Under the pieces are notes generated by a model. That model was given only the letters and a program-made list of their open reading frames with translations, was not told the origin of the DNA and searched no databases. Shown piece after piece: positions 28,898 through 39,799 of a stretch of DNA of 64,000 bases (its first letter is position 1; each line of letters starts with the position of its first letter). This DNA comes from an uncultured Roseburia sp. (GTDB taxonomy: Bacteria > Bacillota > Clostridia > Lachnospirales > Lachnospiraceae), in NCBI GenBank assembly GCA_947088675.1, contig CAMUHN010000005.1:1296-65295 (forward strand). The letters are read 5' to 3'. The translations under genes and the position numbers were made by a program.

Positions 28898-31800
28898 AAT
28901 CAATGCGATTCGCCTGATAAATCTAAACTATAATAACAATGCCATACGCATCAGTGACGAGACGTTTTCACTGGGCGGGGAGAGCACGCTGTTCTCACTG
29001 CGCAACGGAGGCGGCAAATCGGTTCTGGTACAGATGATTATGGCGCCGTTTGTACACAAACGCTACCAGAATGCGAAAGACCGTCCGTTTGCCGGCTATT
29101 TTACATCGGCAAAGCCAACGTTTATCCTGGTGGAGTGGAAACTTGACCAGGGGGCCGGTTATGTGCTGACCGGCATGATGGTGCGCAAAAGTCAGGAGAT
29201 CTCAGAGGAACGCGCCGACGATCTTGAAACAGTGCAGTTTATTGCAGAGTATAAAGGCCGCTGTGAACAGGATATCCATCATCTTCCGGTTGTGGAGAAG
29301 ACAAAAAAAAGTGTGACGCTGAAAGGGTTTCATGCCTGTAAACAGCTGTTTGAGACATATAAGCGGGAACGGAGCATCCCATTCTTTTCTTATGATATGA
29401 GTTATCCGGCACAGTCCAGGCAGTATTTTGAGAAATTGTCCGAATATCAGATCCATTACAGGGAATGGGAGACGATTATCAAAAAGATAAATTTAAAGGA
29501 GTCAGGGCTGTCCGATCTGTTTGCCGACTGTAAAGATGAGAAAGGGCTGGTTGAGAAATGGTTTTTGGACGCGGTAGAAAGTAAACTCAACCGCGACAGG
29601 AACCGAATGCTTGAATTTCAGAATATCTTCGAAAAATATATCGGACAGTATAAGGACAATCAGTCAAAAATGCAGCGGCGGGACAGAATCAGCGCATTTG
29701 AGCGGGAGGCAGAGCGGATACAGACGAAAGCTTTCGCGTACCGCGACGCCGCGGAGTCGGCGGCCATCCAGGAATCGCGTATTGCAGACTTTCTGTCAAG
29801 GCTTCACTGCGCCTGTGAACAGGAGAAGAAAAACGCTGCTTTGGCGGAGGAAAAGATGGTCGGGCTTACAGAGCGGCTGGCATATCTGGAATATGAAAAG
29901 ATTTCAAAAGAAATTTATCAGATTGCCGACGAGGAGCGTTTTTGCAGCGGCAATCTGGATATGTTAAAAATGGAGCAGGATGATCTGGAGAATAACAGGG
30001 AGAAAATCGCGCATACGCTGTATCGCCTGATCTGCGCCAAACAGCGCGAAGAGACGGCGGAGTGTGAAGAGGATGCAAATCTTGAGCAGGAGCGTCTTTT
30101 GCTCTGCAAAAAAAAGGGAGAAGATCTGGAGCCGGAGCGCAATCGGCTCGGCGCACAGCTCAGAAAGTATTACAGCGCGCTTCTCACCCAAAAAGAGCAG
30201 GAGCGCGCAGAATGTGCCGAAAGGATTGACTGGCTGGAGTCAGAACAGTCAAAGGAGGAAAAAGGGCTGGAGGAGCTGCGCGAACAGGATAAAAAATGTT
30301 CGGAATACGCCGGTGCGCTCGGCGCAAAAGTCAGACAGTTTGACGTCCTGGAAGAGAAATTTAACAGGACATACAGCGAGAACTTCTGCCGCAATATCCT
30401 TGGCGAATACGAGCCCGGCGCGCTGCAGATCAGACAGTCCGAGTTCGAAAAAGAGTTAAGCGTCACGGAACATGAAAAGGCGGATCTGAAGAGAGAGACA
30501 GAACAGCTGAAAGCGCAGATAAAGGGCCAGCAGCGAAAAACAGAAGACGGTTTGGCAGAACAAATCCGGCTGGAATCGGAGCAGAGAGAAAATGCGGCGC
30601 AGATTGCTTCTTTTGATGCGGAAATTTCGGAGCGCCGTGTGATTCTTAAGTATTTTGAAATGAAAAAGGAGGATGTGTTTGATACCGAAAAAATATTGAC
30701 GCAGGCGGAGCAAAAGTTAACGGAGACGGAACAAATCCGGCGCGGACTGGAGAAAGAATGGGATGAGGCGGACAAGTCGTATAAACGGCTTGCCCAGGGG
30801 AGAGTGCTCGAACTTTCGGATGAGTTTTTAAACCTTCTTTCGGAGGCGGGCATTTCGTTTGTCTATGGGATGGAGTGGCTTGGGAAAAATCGTTATACGG
30901 CGGAACAAAACAGAAAGCTTGTTGCAAAACATCCGTTTTTACCGTACGCACTGATTTTGTCACGCAGGGAACTAAACAGGCTTTCCGCGCTGGACGAACG
31001 CATTTATACATCGTTTCCGGTGCCGATTGTAGTGCGTGAAGAACTGGAGGGAGAAGGGCAGGAACAACAGGAGGGCGCGGTGCGTTCCTTTTCCGGCTTT
31101 CGTTTTTACGTCTGGTTTAACGATAACCTGCTGGAAGAAGAGAAGCTAAAGGAGATGCTCGACGAAAAAGCGGAGCAGATCAAAAAGCTTGATTCGGCCA
31201 TTTTGCGCAAAAAGCAGGAATACGCAGAGTATATTGAGAGACGCGAGAAGATCAGAAATCAAAAAGTGTCAGGAGCCGATTACGAAGCAGCAAAAGAAAC
31301 GCAGGAGACATTAAAACAGAAACTTCTGGCAGCGGAGCAGGCGCTTCTTCGAATGCGGGAGGAACTGGAGTCGCTGGAAAATTTACAGAGAAAGAAAGAA
31401 CGGACTCTTGCCCAAAAAGAGCAGGATCTTTCTTATCAGAGCAGGCGGATTTCCGATTTCCGGGAGTTTATGGACGGATATGAAGTCTGTCAGGAGAACA
31501 GACGGCTTCTGGAAAAAAATAAAAAGGAAAAAGAGCGCCTCCTAAATCTTCAGAAGCTGGCCGGCGATAAAATACAAAGACTTCGGCAGGAACTTGTGAC
31601 TGCGCAGAATACGCGTTCCCTGCTGGAGCGGGCTGCGGAAGAATATAAGAAAAAGCAGATGCGTTTTTTGCAGTATACAGCGGATGCGGACGTCATTTTG
31701 GAGCAGGAAGACGCAGGAATAAATGCGCAGGAAGCAGAGGCAAGGTATGATGCGATTACAGGAGGGATCGGCGCAGAGCAAAGAGAACTGGAGTCGCGCG

Positions 31801-33308
31801 TCCTTGCGGCGCAGAAGCGGCTGGCAAAGGCACAGGAGGAATACAGACGGCTGTTAGAAAAATACGGACTGGCCGGGAAAGAAATAAGCGGTATACACTA
31901 CGACCGAAAAGAGGAAACGCATCAGGAGATTCGATTGGAAGATCAGGATCGAAAGATTGCACAGAAGAAGAGGCTGATTCATGAACAGGAGATACAGTGC
32001 GCGCTTTTAAAGCAGCAGCGGGAAGCAAAATACGCGCAGATGAGGGAGCGCTGCAAGCAGGAGGAACCGGCGCCAAAGGCCCGGATTCAGACGATCGACT
32101 TTGGCGAGGCCCTGAAAAAAATCGAGTACGAGAGAGAGGAGGCACAAAAAGAGCAGCAGCAGATTTTAACGAAGATACAGGGAATGGAGACAAATCTGAC
32201 TGCGCTTGCAGAATACGAGGAGTTTGCCTGTACGCATCAGATTGACTGGGAATTTGATTTTTCTGCACTGACAGGCGCGCAGCTGACAAGACAGAAAGGT
32301 ATTTTGATCCGCGATTATAATTTTTATCTGGAACAGAAGCGGCAGATGCGATCCGGTCTGGAGCGCGTGTTAAATGAGATTGTGCGCGCGGAAGAATTTG
32401 CGGAGGACTTTTACCGCAAACCTTTGGAGGCGATGCTTTTGCTGACCGACGATGCGGAGCGCGTCATACGCCAGCTAAATGTAACGCTTGCTTCCTATCG
32501 CAGTCTGATGGAAAAACTGCTCGTCGATCTTTCGCTTGTGGAAAAAGAGAAAGAAAAGATCGTAGAGTTAATCGGCGATTACCTGAAAGAGGTACACGAA
32601 AATCTTAACCGGATTGACCGTAATTCCACAATTACCATTCGGGAGAGGCAGATAAAAATGTTAAAAATTGAGCTGCCTGACTGGGAGGAAAACGAGCATT
32701 TTTACAGGCAGCGTCTGCTTGACGATCTGGATGATATCACGGCAAAGGGAATTGCGATGCTGGAAGAAAACCGTCCGGTGTTGGAATATCTCGGTACAAG
32801 GCTTACCACAAAAAGCCTCTACGACGCAGTAGCCGGGATCGGGAACGTGCGTATCCGTCTGTATAAGATTGAGGAAGCGCGGGAGTATCCGATTACCTGG
32901 GCGGATGTAGCGCGCAATTCGGGCGGCGAGGGATTCCTTTCTGCGTTTGTCATTCTTTCGGCGCTGCTCTATTATATGAGAAAAGATGAGACCGATATTT
33001 TTGCAGAACGGAATGAAGGAAAAGTTCTGCTGATGGATAATCCATTTGCACAGACAAATGCTGCGCACCTGTTAAAGCCGCTGATGGATATGGCAAAAAA
33101 GACAAATACACAGCTGATCTGCTTATCCGGTCTTGGCGGTGATTCCATCTACAACAGGTTTGACAATATCTATGTGCTTACGCTGATTGCGGCAAATTTA
33201 AGAAATGATATGCAGTATCTGAAATCGGAGCATATGCGGGGTTCGCAGGAGGAGACAATGATCGTGTCGCAGATTGAGGTAATGGAGCAGCAGGAGCTTG
33301 TATTTTAA
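28890..33308 (+). CDS. jetC: Wadjet JetC / MukB-like SMC ATPase
   Basis: LRNGGGKS Walker A, long coiled coil, NSGGE signature, LLMDNPF Walker B. Confidence 0.75.
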   Translation: MSKINAIRLINLNYNNNAIRISDETFSLGGESTLFSLRNGGGKSVLVQMIMAPFVHKRYQNAKDRPFAGYFTSAKPTFILVEWKLDQGAGYVLTGMMVRKSQEISEERADDLETVQFIAEYKGRCEQDIHHLPVVEKTKKSVTLKGFHACKQLFETYKRERSIPFFSYDMSYPAQSRQYFEKLSEYQIHYREWETIIKKINLKESGLSDLFADCKDEKGLVEKWFLDAVESKLNRDRNRMLEFQNIFEKYIGQYKDNQSKMQRRDRISAFEREAERIQTKAFAYRDAAESAAIQESRIADFLSRLHCACEQEKKNAALAEEKMVGLTERLAYLEYEKISKEIYQIADEERFCSGNLDMLKMEQDDLENNREKIAHTLYRLICAKQREETAECEEDANLEQERLLLCKKKGEDLEPERNRLGAQLRKYYSALLTQKEQERAECAERIDWLESEQSKEEKGLEELREQDKKCSEYAGALGAKVRQFDVLEEKFNRTYSENFCRNILGEYEPGALQIRQSEFEKELSVTEHEKADLKRETEQLKAQIKGQQRKTEDGLAEQIRLESEQRENAAQIASFDAEISERRVILKYFEMKKEDVFDTEKILTQAEQKLTETEQIRRGLEKEWDEADKSYKRLAQGRVLELSDEFLNLLSEAGISFVYGMEWLGKNRYTAEQNRKLVAKHPFLPYALILSRRELNRLSALDERIYTSFPVPIVVREELEGEGQEQQEGAVRSFSGFRFYVWFNDNLLEEEKLKEMLDEKAEQIKKLDSAILRKKQEYAEYIERREKIRNQKVSGADYEAAKETQETLKQKLLAAEQALLRMREELESLENLQRKKERTLAQKEQDLSYQSRRISDFREFMDGYEVCQENRRLLEKNKKEKERLLNLQKLAGDKIQRLRQELVTAQNTRSLLERAAEEYKKKQMRFLQYTADADVILEQEDAGINAQEAEARYDAITGGIGAEQRELESRVLAAQKRLAKAQEEYRRLLEKYGLAGKEISGIHYDRKEETHQEIRLEDQDRKIAQKKRLIHEQEIQCALLKQQREAKYAQMRERCKQEEPAPKARIQTIDFGEALKKIEYEREEAQKEQQQILTKIQGMETNLTALAEYEEFACTHQIDWEFDFSALTGAQLTRQKGILIRDYNFYLEQKRQMRSGLERVLNEIVRAEEFAEDFYRKPLEAMLLLTDDAERVIRQLNVTLASYRSLMEKLLVDLSLVEKEKEKIVELIGDYLKEVHENLNRIDRNSTITIRERQIKMLKIELPDWEENEHFYRQRLLDDLDDITAKGIAMLEENRPVLEYLGTRLTTKSLYDAVAGIGNVRIRLYKIEEAREYPITWADVARNSGGEGFLSAFVILSALLYYMRKDETDIFAERNEGKVLLMDNPFAQTNAAHLLKPLMDMAKKTNTQLICLSGLGGDSIYNRFDNIYVLTLIAANLRNDMQYLKSEHMRGSQEETMIVSQIEVMEQQELVF

Positions 33309-33355
33309 GCGGTGAGGAGACAGGAGGCAGTCCAAAAACCTGATAAAGGGGAGAA

Positions 33356-36300
33356 GTGAAGATGAAACATATACGAAAGCTGGCCGGTATTTCCATTGTT
33401 TTAATTCTTGTTTTTATGGTTATTGCGCTGATTCAGTATCAGGCGGAAGGGGACATGTCCCTGCTGCCCCATCAGTTTGAGTATTATTTTAATGAAGACT
33501 GGACAGTAGTTTTTCTGGACAGTCATGGGACGGCAGAGATCAGGCAGCAGGATACAGAAAGCATAAACAGGCAGATACAGGGCGCATTGGAAAAAGGGAT
33601 GGGGCAAAATCTGGAAGTGCCTTATTTCTGCCGGGACCATCATGGCAGACCTGTTGCACTGGTCAATACGATTCCGATTGAAAACGGGGGACTGACAATG
33701 AGTTTTGCCTCTGATCATGCCGCAGTGCGTGTGATTCTGGACGGCGAGGAAATTTACCGGTATGGACCGGACCAGGAATCGGCAGATACCCCGGAGCGTT
33801 ATGAACATTATATTGATATACCGAACCTTATGGAAAACGGGGCGTTATCCATTGTGCTTATTCCTCTGGAGCAGGATAAAGCTTTACAGATCGGTGAGAT
33901 CAAAATAGAGACGCGCGATATGATCGTGATCGGAGTAGTCGGAAGTAATATCGCCGATATTGGCTGCTGTCTGCTGATTATATTAATGGCGATTATTATG
34001 TTTGTACTTGCTCTGATACGCGCGTATACGCGTCAGCCGGCACGCGGGGAAGTATTTTTGGGACTTACCGGAATTGCAGCGGGGATTTATTGTTTTATCG
34101 GAACGGATACGCTGAGTATTTTTTATAATGTGCAGGAAGCATATGAAATGCAGGAATATCTTGTGCTGCTGCTCCCGCTGTTTTTAACGCTGTATTTTGA
34201 AAAAAATTTTCATACAATTTACCCGCGTCGTTTTACTGTTCTTCTCTGGGGTGTCATACTAAACGGCGTTCTGCAGATTCTGCTGCACCGGATCGGCGTG
34301 CGTGATTTAAAGGATATGACAAATCTTTCCGCGGCTGCAGTCGGCGTGGTCTGTGTGGCGGCTGTGATAAGTCTGGTACAGTACGATTATTCAAACAGGG
34401 GGTATCGGACGCTTTTGTCTGTATTATCCATGCTTGTACTGCTTGCCGGCGGTATTGCAAATGTGATTTTAAACGCAGCTTTTTATCATGTGCGCGGCAA
34501 TGCGGCCGGGCAGTACAGCATGGTTGTGTTTTCTGTTATGATGGCGTTTATGCATACGCTGCAGATTTCAAAGGAATACCGCGCAAGCGCGGAAAAGAAC
34601 GCCGATCTTCTGGCAGAAAAGGTAAAAGCAGCCGAACTGCAGAATATGCAGCTTGCGCAGGCAAAGCGGGACGCGGACGCCGCCAGACAGGAGGCTCTTG
34701 CGGCGAACGAGGCAAAGGGAAGATTTCTGGCGCATATGTCGCATGAAATAAGAACGCCGATCAATGCAGTGCTCGGTATGGACGAGATGATACTTCGTGA
34801 GTCAAAAGAACAGAATACAAAAGAGTATGCGATGGATATCTATATGGCGGGCCAGACGCTTCTGTCGCTGATCAACGATATTCTTGATTTTTCCAAAATC
34901 GAATCCGGTAAAATGGAGATTGTACCGGTCGATTATGATTTTTGCAGTCTGATTCATGATCTGGCCAACATGGCGTCGCAGAGGGCAAAAGATAAAAACC
35001 TCTGTCTGAAAGTGGAAATGGATCAGCAGATACCGTCGCGGCTGTTTGGAGACGATGTAAGGATCCGGCAGGTTTTGACAAATATTTTGACCAATGCGGT
35101 AAAATATACGCAGGAAGGGACGGTCTGGCTGCGTGTAAAGTGCAGAAAAAAGGGTGAGAATGCGCTGCTTTATTTTGAGGTTGAGGATACGGGAATCGGT
35201 ATCCGAAAAGAGGATCTGCCGAAACTTTCTGCAGAGTTTGAGCGTATTGAGGAGGACAGAAACCGAAACATTGAGGGAACGGGACTTGGCATGAGTATCA
35301 CCATTCAGCTGCTTGCGCTGCTTGGCAGCAAACTTAAAGTGGAAAGTGTGTATGGGAAAGGATCCAGATTTTATTTTGAACTGGAGCAAAGGATTACGGA
35401 TGATACTCCGATCGGAGATTTTGAGTCCAGAGTACAGCAGATTGCGGAAAATTATAACTACAGTTCAAAATTCTGTGCGCCGGATGCCAGGATTCTTGTT
35501 GTGGACGACAATGCGGTCAACCGTAAGGTATTGCGCAATCTGCTTCGGGAAACGAAGATTCAGGTGACGGATGCGCAGGGAGGACAGGAATGTCTGGATC
35601 TGGTGCAAAAGGAACATTTTGATCTGATTTTCCTGGATCATATGATGCCGGAGATGGACGGGGTGGAGACGCTGCATCATATCAGGGAGTTCTCCGATTT
35701 TCCCTGTAAAGATACGCCGGTTGTGGTGCTGACTGCCAATGCGGTATCCGGGGCGAAAGAGAAATATCTGGAGGAGGGGTTTGATGATTTTCTGTCAAAA
35801 CCGATTGTTCCGGAAAAGCTGGAAAATATGATCAAAAGGATGCTGCCGGAAGAGCTTCTTCTGACAGCGGAAACGGCGGAGCCGTCACAGAGCATGTTTT
35901 CGGAGCAGGAGCCGGGTCAGAACGATTTTCCGGAGGAGCTTCCGCAGGTGGACGGTCTGGACTGGCATTATGCGTGGATGCATCTGCCGGATCGAAAGCT
36001 GCTGGAATTTACAGTCAGAGAGTTTTATGATCAGATTGTTTCCGCAGCCGAACGGCTCAACCAGTATTACATACAGATCGGGGAACCAGGACAGCTGGAA
36101 CAGTATCGTATCCAGGTACATGCAATGAAAAGCCTTGCGGCGACAGTCGGGATTGTGCCGTTGTCCGGGGTTGCAAAAATATTGGAATATGCGGCGCGTG
36201 ACGGAAAAACGGAAGTGATTCTGGCGATGACAGCGCCGTTTTTGGAGGAGTGGCGCAGTTATGAGCAGAAATTAAAGGGTGTTTTCGGTCTCGGCGCCGC

Positions 36301-36547
36301 AGGAAAGAAAGTAACGGATTATTCTCTGATACAGGCGCTGATAGAAATGCTGCGCCTGAGTATGCAGGAGATGGATATTGACAGGGCGGATCAACTGGCC
36401 GGTCAGCTGAAAGAATACGATTATCCGGATGAGATGGAACCTTATATCCGAAAAATAACAGAGGCCGTAACAAATCTGGATACGGAGGAGACAGAGCGTC
36501 TGGCAGAGGCGCTGCTTCGTCTGACAGGACAAATAGCAGTGGGATAA
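33356..36547 (+). CDS. hybrid sensor histidine kinase (extracellular domain, multi-TM, HisKA, HATPase, REC, Hpt)
   Basis: FLAHMSHEIRTP, NAVKYT, DTGIG, GTGLG, FLDHMMP, VHAMKS. Confidence 0.9.
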   Translation: MKMKHIRKLAGISIVLILVFMVIALIQYQAEGDMSLLPHQFEYYFNEDWTVVFLDSHGTAEIRQQDTESINRQIQGALEKGMGQNLEVPYFCRDHHGRPVALVNTIPIENGGLTMSFASDHAAVRVILDGEEIYRYGPDQESADTPERYEHYIDIPNLMENGALSIVLIPLEQDKALQIGEIKIETRDMIVIGVVGSNIADIGCCLLIILMAIIMFVLALIRAYTRQPARGEVFLGLTGIAAGIYCFIGTDTLSIFYNVQEAYEMQEYLVLLLPLFLTLYFEKNFHTIYPRRFTVLLWGVILNGVLQILLHRIGVRDLKDMTNLSAAAVGVVCVAAVISLVQYDYSNRGYRTLLSVLSMLVLLAGGIANVILNAAFYHVRGNAAGQYSMVVFSVMMAFMHTLQISKEYRASAEKNADLLAEKVKAAELQNMQLAQAKRDADAARQEALAANEAKGRFLAHMSHEIRTPINAVLGMDEMILRESKEQNTKEYAMDIYMAGQTLLSLINDILDFSKIESGKMEIVPVDYDFCSLIHDLANMASQRAKDKNLCLKVEMDQQIPSRLFGDDVRIRQVLTNILTNAVKYTQEGTVWLRVKCRKKGENALLYFEVEDTGIGIRKEDLPKLSAEFERIEEDRNRNIEGTGLGMSITIQLLALLGSKLKVESVYGKGSRFYFELEQRITDDTPIGDFESRVQQIAENYNYSSKFCAPDARILVVDDNAVNRKVLRNLLRETKIQVTDAQGGQECLDLVQKEHFDLIFLDHMMPEMDGVETLHHIREFSDFPCKDTPVVVLTANAVSGAKEKYLEEGFDDFLSKPIVPEKLENMIKRMLPEELLLTAETAEPSQSMFSEQEPGQNDFPEELPQVDGLDWHYAWMHLPDRKLLEFTVREFYDQIVSAAERLNQYYIQIGEPGQLEQYRIQVHAMKSLAATVGIVPLSGVAKILEYAARDGKTEVILAMTAPFLEEWRSYEQKLKGVFGLGAAGKKVTDYSLIQALIEMLRLSMQEMDIDRADQLAGQLKEYDYPDEMEPYIRKITEAVTNLDTEETERLAEALLRLTGQIAVG

Positions 36548-36557
36548 GGAGGGAGAA

Positions 36558-37346
36558 ATGAAGAAAATTTTATTGATTGGCAAACTTAACACCGTAGTAA
36601 ATGAGATAAATCAATTTCTGTCCCGGTACTTTCATGTACAGCTTTGCTCGGAAAATGCCGGCGTTGCGGAGGGAATGCTTAAAATTGTAAATCCGGATCT
36701 TGTTTTGATCAGTCTGATCGGCGCATATGATATTGATACTTCTATCTTTTTTATGTTAAGTGACAAATACGAACAGATTCCGGTTTTAACAATCGGAACA
36801 AAAGAGGAGAGCAGCCGGTTTTTTAAATACTATGAAAACGGTCAGTTTGAAAATCTGATTCGGCCGGTCGAAAATACGGCGATTATGGATGCGGTCATGC
36901 GACGACTTGGCCTTGACATACAGGAAGTGGAGCGTGAGGCTGCCAGAGAGGAAAAGGAGAGTTCCGGCAGAAAACGAATTCTGGTTGTCGACGATAACGG
37001 AACGGCTCTGCGGACAATGAAAGCTATGCTGGAACAATATTATGAAGTGGCACTGGCGATTTCAGGCGCGCAGGCAATGACGTCCATTGGCAAAAGGAGG
37101 CCTGATCTGATTCTGCTCGACTATGAGATGCCGGTCTGCGACGGAAAGATGACGCTTGAGATGATTCGTGCGGACGAGGAGATGAGAAGCATACCGGTTG
37201 TTTTTTTGACGGCAATCAACGACCGTGCAAATATTGAGGCGGTATTAAAGTTAAACCCGGCCGGATATTTTTTAAAACCGCCGGTGAAAGATAAGCTGCT
37301 TGCTGAGATTGAAAAGATTTTAAATGCGGATGCACAATCATCATAA
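36558..37346 (+). CDS. response regulator with two receiver domains
   Basis: C-terminal VVDD...LLDYEMP...FLT...FLKP; N-terminal degenerate REC. Confidence 0.85.
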   Translation: MKKILLIGKLNTVVNEINQFLSRYFHVQLCSENAGVAEGMLKIVNPDLVLISLIGAYDIDTSIFFMLSDKYEQIPVLTIGTKEESSRFFKYYENGQFENLIRPVENTAIMDAVMRRLGLDIQEVEREAAREEKESSGRKRILVVDDNGTALRTMKAMLEQYYEVALAISGAQAMTSIGKRRPDLILLDYEMPVCDGKMTLEMIRADEEMRSIPVVFLTAINDRANIEAVLKLNPAGYFLKPPVKDKLLAEIEKILNADAQSS

Positions 37347-37611
37347 AAATTTTGAAAATATGCTGTCATAGACAAAATTTGCTATGTTTCTATAAAAAAT
37401 CTTGTATATTTTGCACATAGGGTTTATAATAAAATTATTGGTATGCTTAAGAGAATGAAATGATACATTGCCGCTCTTCATTGCTTTGGAAAACTGTATT
37501 TTGGTACATAACTATCGGATAGAGTAATGAGTTCAGTCAGTCACAATGCACCAGTTCCATTGATTAAGAATGTACCAGAAGATCAGATCCAAAGAACAAG
37601 GAGGGAAAAGG

Positions 37612-39312
37612 ATGTTTAACAACGAAAGGATTGAGAAAAGACTGACCAAGTCATTTGTGATGGTTGCGGGGATTTCCGCAATCGCGGCTATTGTCGGCCT
37701 GATCGCAGTGATTGTGGTGGCAAGCAGGTATTCTTATGCGCTGCTTAATTTCGGTTTCGCACAGGGAGATATCGGAAAAGCGCTGTTTACGTTTGCAGAT
37801 TCCCGGTCGTCGCTGTGCGCTGCAATCGGATATGACGATGCGGACGCGATTGAAAAAGTGGTAGCGCAGCATGAAGAGAACAGGAAGATGTTTGAGCAAT
37901 ATTTTGCCGAAATAGAGAAGACGATTGTTTCGGAAGACGGCAGAGCTACCTATGATGCGATTGCATCGGAACTGGACGCTTACTGGGAGTTAGACGAAAA
38001 GATTATGGCAGTCGGGGCAACAACGGACAGGGAGCAATGCAGACAGGCGCAGGAGATTGCACTGCAGGAGCTTGGGCCTATGTATGAAAATCTCTATATG
38101 CAGCTGGAAGAGCTTTTGGAGGTAAAGGTACATGAGGGTAATGCGCTTTCGTCTACATTAAAAGTATTGACCGTAATCTTAATGGTCGTAATCGGCGCAG
38201 CGATTGTTGCAGCGATGATTGTTTCTACAAAACTGGGCAAGAATATTGCCGGAAAGATTGCACAGCCATTAGAGGAGTTGGGCGCGCGTCTGAAATTATT
38301 GTCTGCCGGCGATTTTGCCACACCGTATCCGACGATTTCTTCGGAGGACGAGGTTTCCGACATTATCAGAGAGGCAAAGGATATGTCGGGCAAGCTGAAT
38401 CTGATTATCAATGATATCAGCTATCTTCTGGGCGAGATGGCAAACGGAAATTATGCGGTTTCGTCTAATATTCAGGATCAGTACACCGGAGAGTTTGACC
38501 GGTTGATTGTCGCAATGAGAGGTCTGCGCAACCAGATGGCGGAGACGATCCGCTCTATCGGTGAGGCTTCCAATCAGGTGTCTGCAGGTGCGACAAATCT
38601 TTCGGAGTCCGCGCAGAGCCTTGCGGAGGGCGCAACCGATCAGGCGGGCGCAGTGGAAGAGCTGCAGGCCATGATCGTAAACATTACCGAGGCTATGGAG
38701 AAGAGCGCCGAGAATTCCGAGAGGTCCTACGAACAGGCGCAGAAATATGCGGATGAGGCGGATAACAGCCTTGCAGGTATGAATACGGTAGTCGATGCGA
38801 TGAAAAAGATTGATGATACGTCTACAAAAATCGGCAATATTATTTCAGAGATTGAGTCGATTGCATCGCAGACAAATCTGCTTTCTCTTAACGCATCCAT
38901 TGAGGCGGCCAGAGCAGGCGAAGCAGGACGCGGTTTTGCGGTTGTTGCGGATCAGATTCGTCAGCTTGCGGAACAGAGCGCAAAAGCGGCTGTCGATACT
39001 AGAGAGCTGATTGAGGGATCATTGCAGGAGATTGAAGGCGGAAACCGTGCAGTGGAGAGCGCATCCGGGTCGATCGAGACCGTTGTAGGCGGAATCAAGC
39101 AGATTGCAGATGTATCCAAACAGTTAAGTATTATCATCAGCGATCAGAGCACGACAATGCGCCAGGTAGAACAGGGCGTCAGTCAGATTTCAGAAGTTGT
39201 ACAGAATAACTCGGCAGCAGCCGAAGAATCGTCTGCGACAAGCCAGGAGCTTTCGGCACAGGCAATTACACTTGATGATCTCGTAGGGCAGTTTGTTTTA
39301 ATGGACGAATAA
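37612..39312 (+). CDS. methyl-accepting chemotaxis protein
   Basis: Two TMs, [34 protein letters not shown]. Confidence 0.95.
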   Translation: MFNNERIEKRLTKSFVMVAGISAIAAIVGLIAVIVVASRYSYALLNFGFAQGDIGKALFTFADSRSSLCAAIGYDDADAIEKVVAQHEENRKMFEQYFAEIEKTIVSEDGRATYDAIASELDAYWELDEKIMAVGATTDREQCRQAQEIALQELGPMYENLYMQLEELLEVKVHEGNALSSTLKVLTVILMVVIGAAIVAAMIVSTKLGKNIAGKIAQPLEELGARLKLLSAGDFATPYPTISSEDEVSDIIREAKDMSGKLNLIINDISYLLGEMANGNYAVSSNIQDQYTGEFDRLIVAMRGLRNQMAETIRSIGEASNQVSAGATNLSESAQSLAEGATDQAGAVEELQAMIVNITEAMEKSAENSERSYEQAQKYADEADNSLAGMNTVVDAMKKIDDTSTKIGNIISEIESIASQTNLLSLNASIEAARAGEAGRGFAVVADQIRQLAEQSAKAAVDTRELIEGSLQEIEGGNRAVESASGSIETVVGGIKQIADVSKQLSIIISDQSTTMRQVEQGVSQISEVVQNNSAAAEESSATSQELSAQAITLDDLVGQFVLMDE

Positions 39313-39354
39313 AAAGATAAATATTCCGGCAGCTTCAATATCAAAGAATACAAA

Positions 39355-39384
39355 GTCATGAAGAGAAGTTCCCCTGCATACACT
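39355..39384 (+). promoter_or_regulatory. putative sigma-E promoter of spoIIID
   Basis: GTCATGA...CATACACT resembles the sigma-E consensus; spoIIID is sigma-E dependent in studied Firmicutes. Confidence 0.5.
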
Positions 39385-39413
39385 ATACAAACAAGTATTG
39401 CAGGGGAATTTTT

Positions 39414-39683
39414 GTGAAAGGTTATATTGAAGAAAGAGCCATGGAAATCGCCAGGTATATTATTGACAATAATACGACGGTACGTCAGGCAGCAAAACAT
39501 TTTGGGATTTCAAAATCTACCGTACATAAAGACTGCACGGAAAGGCTGGCTTTGGTCAGTCCGGCACTGGCGGCGCAGGTTCGCAAAGTTTTGGATGTAA
39601 ACAAATCTGAGCGGCATATACGCGGCGGAATGGCTACAAAGGACAAATATCTGCGGGAAAAGAGTTATGCAAAACAGGAATAG
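39414..39683 (+). CDS. spoIIID: sporulation transcriptional regulator SpoIIID
   Basis: YIEER...TVRQAAK.FGISKSTVHKD.TERL...NK.ERHIRGG.ATK.KY. Confidence 0.95.
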   Translation: MKGYIEERAMEIARYIIDNNTTVRQAAKHFGISKSTVHKDCTERLALVSPALAAQVRKVLDVNKSERHIRGGMATKDKYLREKSYAKQE

Positions 39684-39799
39684 AAAGATTGGTACTTTTG
39701 GATGAATTGATCTGGCTGAAGAAATATGATAAAATGAAATCTGTAAAGTACAGACGGCGCAGGCTGCGTTTTTTTAGATAAAGGAGAGGAGAATAGAAA

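Noticed and set aside
28890-33308. Housekeeping Smc or SbcC
   Set aside because: Operon context with a Toprim nuclease and two accessory subunits fits Wadjet/Mks; no scpAB or sbcD is adjacent
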